48,385 nucleotides of DNA from Clostridiales bacterium DTU087 (GTDB taxonomy: Bacteria > Bacillota > Limnochordia > DTU087). Positions 41,445-48,385 of this stretch are shown here, piece by piece (position 1 is the stretch's first letter; each line of letters starts with the position of its first letter). A model generated the notes under the pieces. It saw only the letters and a program-made list of their open reading frames with translations, searched no databases and was not told where the DNA came from. A program made the position numbers and the translations under genes. The DNA lies in the NCBI GenBank assembly GCA_001513495.1, contig LFTN01000153.1, positions 1-48,385 on the forward strand, written 5' to 3'.

Positions 41445-42431
41445 CTATTCAAGCAGGTGCCCTGCCACGGGGTCAAAGCGTAGGCACAGCGTCTGTCCGC
41501 CGATGGAGGCCTGGTAGCTAATCATGGGGATATAAAGCAGGGCGGCAGCAAAGGGGCTGGCCAAGACCCTTGGCTGCGATCGCCGCTGCAGCTCCTGGAT
41601 ACGCATAGCCTTTTCTGCAGCCAGCAGGCTATTGGTGCTCTCAGCAAGGATCCGGTTATTGTAGTACTGCTCAAGGGCTTGGATTTCCTGGGCCAGCTCC
41701 TGGCTGGCTGCCTGCGCCCAGCTGCTATCCTCTACGGTGAGCAGGTAGCGAATCTCATCGGACATCAGCTGGTAAGCGGCTTTGAACCCCAGGCGGCGCT
41801 TAGCAATGGGTATGAAAGGCAGCGGCTCTTTCCCCAGGGAGCAGCCCTGCAGCAGGTATTGATAATACCCAGCCTCCAAGTGCCCGGTCACCAGGTTAAC
41901 CGTAAGATCGAGGATGCGGCGGCGGTTGACTTGTTGGGTTCGGTAATTAAGGCGCCACTGGATCAAGAGATGGGGCTCGTAGGTCAGCTCTCCCATATCT
42001 GCCTCAGGCTCTCCGGCGCCATCTAAGAAACCGGCAATTCCTACAACATACTGGCGGCAGAGCTTGCCCTTATGGTGAGTGATCGCTAAGAATCTATCCC
42101 AGCGGTAGCTGCCGGGAGTAAAAAACTCAGCATCTTCATGGACTTCAGCAGCATCCTGGGAAAGAGCCAGCCTCAGGCTGTAGCCTGGAGTGCGGGGGCC
42201 ATCGATGAGACCGGCAGCTTCATCGGTCAGCTGCAGTTCTGCAGCGTTATCCACCGGCCAGCGGCATTCAAGGCCAAGATTGCGGCAAAACTGCTCTAGA
42301 AAAGACTTGACAGCTGACAGCTTCCCCGGGGGAGCTGGACTAGACAGCCCGTGGGCCGCCTCATCGCCCCTCTCTCTCAGCACAGGTTGATTGATCAGTA
42401 GCTGGATAAAGCTCTCCTCCTTTTGTCGCAA
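41445..42431 (-). CDS. Conserved protein of unknown function, YqhG-like (partner of the SNF2 helicase)
   Basis: It lies 7 nt downstream of the SNF2 gene on the same strand, the arrangement of Bacillus yqhH-yqhG. No catalytic motif is recognisable. The family assignment rests on context and loose remembered similarity only. The TTG start is uncertain. Confidence 0.45.
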   Translation of the reverse strand: MRQKEESFIQLLINQPVLRERGDEAAHGLSSPAPPGKLSAVKSFLEQFCRNLGLECRWPVDNAAELQLTDEAAGLIDGPRTPGYSLRLALSQDAAEVHEDAEFFTPGSYRWDRFLAITHHKGKLCRQYVVGIAGFLDGAGEPEADMGELTYEPHLLIQWRLNYRTQQVNRRRILDLTVNLVTGHLEAGYYQYLLQGCSLGKEPLPFIPIAKRRLGFKAAYQLMSDEIRYLLTVEDSSWAQAASQELAQEIQALEQYYNNRILAESTNSLLAAEKAMRIQELQRRSQPRVLASPFAAALLYIPMISYQASIGGQTLCLRFDPVAGHLLE

Positions 42432-42438
42432 GATACTA

Positions 42439-44244
42439 TTAGGGAACCAGGTCCAGGAGGCTGGAGCGGGCCAGCCGGTCCCTTGCCTCTATAATGCCGT
42501 TTGCCAGCTGATCCAATTCCCTGACTAGTTCTGTCTCCGACTCTGAGCGGATGAAGATATCGATGAGACGGCTTTCAAAGGATTTGTCCAGATGCAGCTG
42601 GGTGAGGATGGTGTCCAGCTGGCCGACTACCATCTCGAACATCCTGATCTTCTCATGCAAAAGCCTCCAAATATGTTCTTCAATGGTCCCTTGGGTGGCA
42701 AGATTAAAGACATAGACATCTTTGGTCTGTCCCAGTCGATGCACCCGCCCGATCCGTTGCTCAAGCCGCATGGGATTCCAAGGCAAATCGAAGTTAATCA
42801 CATTATTGCAGTATTGGAGATTAATGCCTTCACCGCCGGATTCAGTGCTGACCAGTACATCACCATACCGCCGAAAGAGGAACTTGGTGAACTCTTTGCG
42901 GCCAGCTGATAGGCTACCGTCGAAGGTGACGACTCCCAAACCGGCGGCCTCCAAGTGCTTCTTGATGAACACCTGGCTGCCCCTATACTCTGTGAAGATC
43001 ACGACCTTTCCTTGGAGCCGGGGCAGCAGATTCAGTACCTGCTGGACTTTGGCGCTGATCTCCAAGTGAGCGGCCTGTTGCAGGAGTCTTTCAAGCTCTG
43101 TACGCAGCTCTGGCTGTGCCTTCTCATGCAGTTTCTTCAGAGTGAGGACAGCTGCCCACGGGCTGCTGCAGACCTCCCTCAAGAGGGTGATATAAGGAAG
43201 GATTGTCTTCTTCTCAGCCAAGGATTGCTGTGCCTGCCGCCGGATGAAGGCCTCTATCTCTTGGTACAGCTGCCGTTCCTTTGGAGTCAGTGTCACCGGT
43301 GTTGCTCGCACAATCCTCTGGGTAAACTCGATGGTGCCGGTTCCCCGGCGGTTCCTCACCATCACCTGTCCCAGGAGGGAGCGCAGCAATTCCGGATCTC
43401 TGGGTGTGCGCCTGCCAGCGGTGAACCTCTGCTTAAACTCGGCATAGGTCCCCAGCTGACCGGGTTTCAAGAGAGTGATTAAGTTGTAGAGCTCCCTTAG
43501 ATCATTTTGCACCGGTGTAGCTGTCAGCATCAGGAAATACTTCTTGCGTATGCTGTTGACAAACTGCCAGTTTTGGGTCTTGGAGTTTTTCAGCTTGTGG
43601 GCTTCATCGACTATCAAAATATCCCAATCCGCAGCCAGCACCTCAGCAAGGTGGGGTTCTCGTTTGGCTGTGTCTATGGAAGCCACAATGCACTGACATC
43701 TAGCCCAGTCATATTGGCTGCGGTGGAGGACAACAGGGATGCGGAATTTCTCCCGCAATTCCTCAAACCACTGCCAGCACAGGGAAGCCGGTGTGAGGAT
43801 TAAGGCTCTGCGGACCAGGCCCCTCAGCATGTATTCTTTGAGGATCATGCCAGCCTCGATGGTTTTTCCCAGCCCCACTTCATCGGCTAAAATAGCTCTG
43901 CCCCCCATTTCCTGAATGACCCGGCGGGCTGTATCCAGCTGATGGGGATAGGGGATCACTCCAACCGATTCCCAGTGGGAGGCAAGGTGCAGGGGGCAGA
44001 GGAGACTAGCAGCATCTGCTGCAGCGGTCAGCTCCTCACCTAGGCGGGCCAGCTTGTGCCACTCCCAGCTGCTGTACTCGCGGCGCCGGATCCCTCGAAT
44101 GAGGTTTTCCAGCCCAGATCGGCTGAACCGCACCGCGAAATTGCCGTCCACTGCAATAGGCTCATAGAATGTCTCGATCTCAGGGCCAAAGATAAAAGCT
44201 CCGGGCTGATTCTTGAGGATTGGAACAGTAACGCGGATCTCCAT
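42439..44244 (-). CDS. SNF2-family helicase/translocase (YqhH-like)
   Basis: LADEVGLGKTIEAG (motif I), ILIVDEAHKLKN (DEAH), LMLTATPVQN (motif III) and C-terminal helicase motifs NFDLPWNPMRLEQRIGRVHRLGQ. I place the start at ATG 44244, 6 nt after GGGAGG; the ORF is open from 44262. Confidence 0.85.
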   Translation of the reverse strand: MEIRVTVPILKNQPGAFIFGPEIETFYEPIAVDGNFAVRFSRSGLENLIRGIRRREYSSWEWHKLARLGEELTAAADAASLLCPLHLASHWESVGVIPYPHQLDTARRVIQEMGGRAILADEVGLGKTIEAGMILKEYMLRGLVRRALILTPASLCWQWFEELREKFRIPVVLHRSQYDWARCQCIVASIDTAKREPHLAEVLAADWDILIVDEAHKLKNSKTQNWQFVNSIRKKYFLMLTATPVQNDLRELYNLITLLKPGQLGTYAEFKQRFTAGRRTPRDPELLRSLLGQVMVRNRRGTGTIEFTQRIVRATPVTLTPKERQLYQEIEAFIRRQAQQSLAEKKTILPYITLLREVCSSPWAAVLTLKKLHEKAQPELRTELERLLQQAAHLEISAKVQQVLNLLPRLQGKVVIFTEYRGSQVFIKKHLEAAGLGVVTFDGSLSAGRKEFTKFLFRRYGDVLVSTESGGEGINLQYCNNVINFDLPWNPMRLEQRIGRVHRLGQTKDVYVFNLATQGTIEEHIWRLLHEKIRMFEMVVGQLDTILTQLHLDKSFESRLIDIFIRSESETELVRELDQLANGIIEARDRLARSSLLDLVP

Positions 44245-44375
44245 AGGCTGCCTCCCAAACATGTTCCTAGACCGGGTTTTAGTTTGTCCTGGATAGAGAT
44301 AGAATATCTCTCCGATGAGCTGCAGGGGCCATCAGCCACTTTTAAAGGCCTGTTCTGCCTCAGCTTCGTTATTTC

Positions 44376-44404
44376 TAGACATGGGACTGAGGCTGTTGTA
44401 TAAT
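44376..44404 (+). promoter_or_regulatory. Sigma-A type promoter of tRNA-Ala
   Basis: TAGACA (44376-44381), 17 nt, then TATAAT (44399-44404). The -10 ends 13 nt before the tRNA 5' end. Confidence 0.6.
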
Positions 44405-44417
44405 AATAGACGTCCCG

Positions 44418-44493
44418 GGGCCTGTAGCTCAGCTGGGAGAGCGCTGCGTTCGCATCGCAGAGGTCGAGGGTTCGAATCCCTTCGGGTCCACCA
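44418..44493 (+). tRNA. tRNA-Ala (anticodon CGC)
   Basis: Acceptor GGGCCTG/CGGGTCC with the G3:U70 alanine identity pair. D arm GCTC-AGCTGGGA-GAGC, anticodon stem CTGCG/CGCAG with loop TTCGCAT, T arm GAGGG-TTCGAAT-CCCTT, encoded CCA. Confidence 0.9.
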
Positions 44494-44535
44494 TTTTATT
44501 TATATTATTCATCTTCTAGAAGTGGAGGGTTTTTG

Positions 44536-44679
44536 GTGACTCACATTAAAGCAATTATCCATGGTAACCTTCAGAAAACAATCGAAAGCGGAGGGTGCGG
44601 GAATTGCGCCAACTCTTGTCAATCGGCATGTAAGACATCGTGTACTGTTGGAAACCAGACCTGCGAGCAACATAAGTAA
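44536..44679 (+). CDS. scfA: SCIFF (six cysteines in forty-five residues) radical-SAM-modified RiPP precursor peptide, 47 codons
   Basis: My translation gives (M)THIKAIIHGNLQKTIESGGCGNCANSCQSACKTSCTVGNQTCEQHK, with exactly six Cys. The core GGCG.C..SCQSACKTSCTVGNQ.CE and leader .HIK... match the SCIFF family pattern. GGAGGG (44524-44529) lies 6 nt before GTG 44536. It is too short for the ORF track. Confidence 0.85.
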   Translation: MTHIKAIIHGNLQKTIESGGCGNCANSCQSACKTSCTVGNQTCEQHK

Positions 44680-44727
44680 GTAAACAATTGCCCGGGTCCC
44701 GGGCTTGGCAAATTTCCACACCAAAAA

Positions 44728-44753
44728 GCAGCCGGATACCGGCTGCTTTTTTT
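44728..44753. terminator. Bidirectional rho-independent terminator between SCIFF and the DUF89 gene
   Basis: GCAGCCGG (44728-44735) pairs with CCGGCTGC (44739-44746). It is preceded by A5 and followed by T7, so it can terminate both convergent transcripts. Confidence 0.75.
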
Positions 44754-44831
44754 ATATTTGGGATTAGTATTTTTTACGTCTATGCCTGTACCCGGCATGG
44801 CCTTTGCCTTCACAAAGAGACGGCTCCGGCC

Positions 44832-45707
44832 TTAGGGAAGCTTTTTAAAGACGGAATCAAAAACCTCCACCCCCAGCGTTCCGGCGACAACCGGGCATTT
44901 GGCCCGCAGGAGGGCGTAAACGGCCGGGTGTTTCCACTCGCCTTCAATGGTCTCAAAATTGGCGTGGCCTTTGGCTATGACCAGATCGGCCCGGCGGAAG
45001 GCCTCCGCGAACTCTGCAGAACACCGTCGCTTTGGCGCGCCCAGATCACCGCAGCCGGTATCGATGATCTCCCCCATACGGTCCATACCGGTTTGGAAAG
45101 CGTCGGCCCGTAAAGCATCGTTCATTGCCGGCTCCTTTTTAACCGCGATTGTTACCTGCAAGTCCGGGTAGACCTTTTTGATCTCCTCCAGGAGGATCCG
45201 GTCGAAAAGGATCTCCCCGGCATTATCCACCAGATAAAGGAGGGATTTGGCCTCCGCCAGGTCATTCCGGAACTCCTCGTAATCGTTGAGGCGCAACCCC
45301 TCTGCCAGCACCTCCCGGATTGTCCCCTCAATATCGATCTCATCAATAATTCCCAGGTCAATCTGGTTTCCGGCCACCGCTAGCAAAAGAGCGGTGTAGA
45401 TCCGGTCATCACTTTTTGCCAGGACCTCCTGGAGCCGGGGATAGAGTTCCAGCGCCTGCCGGTTGTAAAAGTCCATCTCTTCCCTGTAGGGATCGGAGGC
45501 CTCCAATTCCCGGCAGACCAGACGAAAAAGGTCGCTGGAGATCTCCGCCGGCGTGATCTCCGGGTCCATATTCACCATGTACTCCAGGGCTTTATTTATT
45601 ATCCTCAATTCTGTTTCCGGGTCGTCCGTTATCCGCCTGGTTATCGAGAGCACCTGTTGAAGAGAGCAGATATAACATTCGGATTTTGCTTTCATCTTTT
45701 TCACCAA
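44832..45707 (-). CDS. DUF89-family damage-control phosphatase (ARMT1-like)
   Basis: N-terminal CYICSLQQ plus DUF89 metal-site motifs LVDNAGEILFD and AKGHANFE. The true start may be ATG 45695 (MKAKSEC...), after GGTGA. Confidence 0.7.
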   Translation of the reverse strand: MVKKMKAKSECYICSLQQVLSITRRITDDPETELRIINKALEYMVNMDPEITPAEISSDLFRLVCRELEASDPYREEMDFYNRQALELYPRLQEVLAKSDDRIYTALLLAVAGNQIDLGIIDEIDIEGTIREVLAEGLRLNDYEEFRNDLAEAKSLLYLVDNAGEILFDRILLEEIKKVYPDLQVTIAVKKEPAMNDALRADAFQTGMDRMGEIIDTGCGDLGAPKRRCSAEFAEAFRRADLVIAKGHANFETIEGEWKHPAVYALLRAKCPVVAGTLGVEVFDSVFKKLP

Positions 45708-45898
45708 CTTTATTGCTGCTTTTATGGTCGCCTATTCATATATATCATATTTAAGGCGGGAGGGCAATAAAAAGGCGCAGTCATTAATCGACTTGGCCCG
45801 TTCTCCCCTGCCCCGTCTTTTCCCCCGCAGAGGGAGGAAGAATAAGCGTAAAGAGAGAATGTTTATTCTATAATCAAGACAGGAGTGGAGGAGCAGGT

Positions 45899-47278
45899 AT
45901 GGCAGCGGAGTTGGCCCCGGTCAAGGTTGGACAGGAAGTGGTCGTGGATATAAAGGGCTATGCCCATCAGGGTGAAGGGGTGGGCAGGTTTAAGGGGTTC
46001 ACCGTCTTTGTCCCCGGCGCCTTGGACGGCGAAGAGGTGCTGGTCCGGATTGAGTTGGTGAAAAAGAATTACGCCCGGGGTGAAGCGGTTGAGATCCGCA
46101 AACGCTCTCCCCACCGGGTGGAACCCCCCTGCCCGCTTTATGGAGAATGCGGCGGTTGTCAATTACTGCACCTTGATTACCCGGCGCAACTGGAGTTCAA
46201 ACAGCAACGGGTCAACGCCGCCCTTGAGCGGCTGGGAGGGTTTAAAAACCTTCCCGTTCGCCCCATGATCGGCATGGCGCATCCCTGGGAATACCGGAAC
46301 AAGGTCCAGTACCCCTTTGCCCTGGAGAACGGCAGGGTCATTGTGGGCTGCTACCAACAGGGAACCCACAATGTGATTGATACCCGGGAGTGCTTGATCC
46401 AGCACCCGCTGAACAACAGGATCATGAATGCCGTCCGCGAGTTGGTGGAAGGGATGGGGATCTCTATTTATAACGAACAGACCGGGCAAGGGCTTCTCCG
46501 TTATCTCCTGGTGAAAAACGGGTTCCAGTCGGGCCAGGCCATGGTGGTGCTGGTCACCAATGGCCGGACATTCCCGGAAGGGGAAGAACTGGCCCGCATC
46601 CTGGCCAGCCGTTTTCCGGAGATTAAAAGCGTGGTGCAGAACGTCAACACCATGAAAGGCAATGTGGTCCTGGGCGAGACCAATATCGTTCTCTACGGAG
46701 AAGACGGGATCATCGACCGCCTGGACGATCTGGAGTTTAAGATCTCCGCCACCTCCTTCTTCCAGGTCAACCCGGCGCAGACGGAGATCCTTTATAATAA
46801 AGCCGTGGAATACGCGGGTTTAACCGGAAAAGAAAGAGTGGTCGACGCCTACTGCGGCGTGGGCAGTCTTACGCTTTTCCTGGCCCGGCGGGCCCGGGAA
46901 GTCTATGGTGTGGAAGTGGTCGCCGAAGCGGTGAACGATGCGGTGGAAAACGCCAAGCGAAACGGCATTGAGAACGTGCGGTTCGTGGCCGGGGAGACGG
47001 AAAAAGTCCTGCCGCGGCTGGCCCGGATCGGGTTCGGTTTTGATGTGGCCGTGGTTGATCCGCCCCGCAGCGGCTGCCGGAAAGAGGTGTTGGAAGCCCT
47101 GGCCGCCATCAGGCCCAAACGCCTCGTCTACGTCAGTTGCAACCCCAGCACCTTAGCGCGGGACCTGCGGATCTTGGTGGATGAGGGTTACCGGGTCCAG
47201 GAGATCCAACCGATTGACATGTTCCCCCATACTTTTCATGTGGAGTGTGTGGCATTGCTGACGAGGGCAAAAAAGTAG
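45899..47278 (+). CDS. rlmD: 23S rRNA (uracil-C5)-methyltransferase, RlmD/RlmCD (RumA) family
   Basis: N-terminal TRAM domain, Fe-S cysteines CPLYGECGGCQLLHL...C, SAM-binding DAYCGVGSLTLFLA, DPPRSG, and the catalytic VYVSCNPSTLARD. Confidence 0.9.
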   Translation: MAAELAPVKVGQEVVVDIKGYAHQGEGVGRFKGFTVFVPGALDGEEVLVRIELVKKNYARGEAVEIRKRSPHRVEPPCPLYGECGGCQLLHLDYPAQLEFKQQRVNAALERLGGFKNLPVRPMIGMAHPWEYRNKVQYPFALENGRVIVGCYQQGTHNVIDTRECLIQHPLNNRIMNAVRELVEGMGISIYNEQTGQGLLRYLLVKNGFQSGQAMVVLVTNGRTFPEGEELARILASRFPEIKSVVQNVNTMKGNVVLGETNIVLYGEDGIIDRLDDLEFKISATSFFQVNPAQTEILYNKAVEYAGLTGKERVVDAYCGVGSLTLFLARRAREVYGVEVVAEAVNDAVENAKRNGIENVRFVAGETEKVLPRLARIGFGFDVAVVDPPRSGCRKEVLEALAAIRPKRLVYVSCNPSTLARDLRILVDEGYRVQEIQPIDMFPHTFHVECVALLTRAKK

Positions 47279-47347
47279 CTTGGTTATCCTTCCCGCCTCC
47301 GAGGCGGTGTTCGTGCAGTCTACCCGGGCTCCGGCATTGATTTTGGA

Positions 47348-48385
47348 ATGAAAATGATGGGAATGAAAATGGAAGTATTTCAAATCGATAGGGAAAGAGC
47401 TTACTTCCCAACGAAAGGTTGGAAACTCTCAACTCCAGAGGAACAAGGTATGGATTCCAGTTTTCTTGCTGATGCAATTAGATATATCGAAAAACATTTT
47501 AAGAGCTACTTTAGTTTTATTCTTATAAAAAACGGATATTTGATCTTTGAAGCGCATAATGACCGTCCGTATGAGGAAAAAAGCTCTCAACTGCTAAAAG
47601 CTTGTTGTTCATTACTTACGAAAGTATTGGGAAAGCCAGGCGATACCTCAATGATAAACATTCTGATCTGTTTAATTTGCGGTCGGCTGCTAAAAGCATC
47701 ATATCGATTCTTGCAGGGATTGCCATAGATAGGGGGTATATAAAAAGCATTGAAGATAGAGTACTAGATTATTTGCCTCAGGGCCGCACCCAAATTTCAG
47801 ATGAACGTTGGAAGGATTTAAAAATAGAGCACTTACTAACAATGAAATCAGGCATACCTCCGATTGAAAGCGGGGGTATTGTCTTAAAAATGATCCTTAG
47901 TGATGGTGATTGGGTTAAATTCATATTGGATTTACCTTTAGAATGTGAACCAGGAGAGAAATTTGTTTATAATTCAGCCAATACTCACCTATTATCTGCG
48001 ATAATAACAAATGCGGCAGGTATGAGTACTCTAGATTTTGCTAAAGAATTTCTCTTCGCGCCATTAGGAATAAAAGAAGTATACTGGGAGAAGGATAGCA
48101 AAGGTATTAACTTTGGCGGTGGTAATTTATTCATGTCCCAATACGACCTCGCCAAAATTGGTTATTTATTTCTCAATAACGGGGTTTGGGATAATAAAAT
48201 GATTGTATCAAAGCAATGGGTCGAGCAGTCTTTGAAAAGCTATCATGAGTGGATTTATGGATTTAACTACGGGTACTTATGGTATTTGAAGAACGAAAAA
48301 AATGAAAAAACAGGAGAAGAATATATAACATACTCTGCTTCGGGCGCAGGGGGACAAAAAATATAGGTAATTCAAGAATTAGATA
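47348..48385 (+). pseudogene. Beta-lactamase-family serine hydrolase, disrupted (frameshift plus in-frame TAG); runs off the window end
   Basis: The N-terminal part is in one frame (47348-47728: ...ILIKNGYLIFEAHNDRPYEEK). The SxxK active-site part is in another frame (open from 47575: ...LFNLRSAAKSIISILAGIAIDRGYI...). The TAG at 48364-48366 is followed in frame by VIQELD. The whole block is AT-rich. Confidence 0.6.

Noticed and set aside
38977-44244. A DISARM- or Druantia-like defence locus, suggested by a DUF1998 helicase next to an SNF2 helicase.
   Set aside because: There is no methyltransferase, PLD nuclease or other effector in or near the locus. DUF1998 is fused to an 818-aa helicase, as in housekeeping MrfA/YprA, not split as in DrmA/DrmB or giant as in DruE. 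The SNF2 gene is paired with a YqhG-like gene, as in the conserved Bacillus yqhH-yqhG module. The two units are convergent, not an operon.
44509-44724. The 71-aa minus-strand ORF.
   Set aside because: It is antisense to the SCIFF precursor gene and its terminator, and has no SD and no recognisable motif.
48364-48366. In-frame TAG as a pyrrolysine codon in the serine hydrolase.
   Set aside because: The same gene also carries a frameshift, it lies in AT-rich and apparently decaying DNA, and no pyl genes are seen in the window. A nonsense mutation or sequencing error is the simpler reading.

Overview
Chromosomal segment from a fairly GC-rich, endospore-forming Firmicute with Clostridia-like gene order; most of it is housekeeping. 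The 5' part holds the dgt 3' end, dnaG and sigA, then a tRNA-Asn/tRNA-Met pair behind a consensus promoter. A small accessory islet follows (SIMPL protein, orphan GH2 beta-galactosidase, secreted DUF4384/PEGA protein), then nif3 and a DksA/TraR zinc-finger gene. The centre is a dcw cluster: mraZ-rsmH-ftsL-classB PBP-murE-murF-mraY-ftsW-murG-murC-murA-ftsQ-ftsA-ftsZ, with no murD, murB or ddl. Next is the sporulation sigma locus, where the spoIIGA-sigE cassette is inverted relative to ftsZ and sigG. After it come spoIIR, ylmC, a 47-aa rubredoxin missing from the ORF track, nrdR, pgeF, ftsK, rodZ, spoIIP and a second murC paralogue. The 3' part holds an MrfA/YprA-like DUF1998 helicase preceded by a LexA-box-like palindrome, and a convergent SNF2 helicase plus YqhG-like pair. 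It continues with tRNA-Ala, a 47-codon SCIFF six-cysteine RiPP precursor (also missing from the ORF track) with no maturase beside it, a DUF89 phosphatase and an RlmD/RumA methyltransferase. It ends in an AT-rich block with a disrupted beta-lactamase-family gene. I saw no CRISPR array, transposase, integrase or recognisable defence operon, and I cannot point to a convincing new multi-gene system. The items most worth follow-up are the orphan SCIFF gene, the flipped spoIIGA-sigE cassette, the murC duplication with murD absent, the two adjacent helicase modules, and a 14-bp perfect inverted repeat covering the spoIIP ribosome-binding site. All protein calls rest on motifs read from the translations and remembered family signatures. 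No database search was run.
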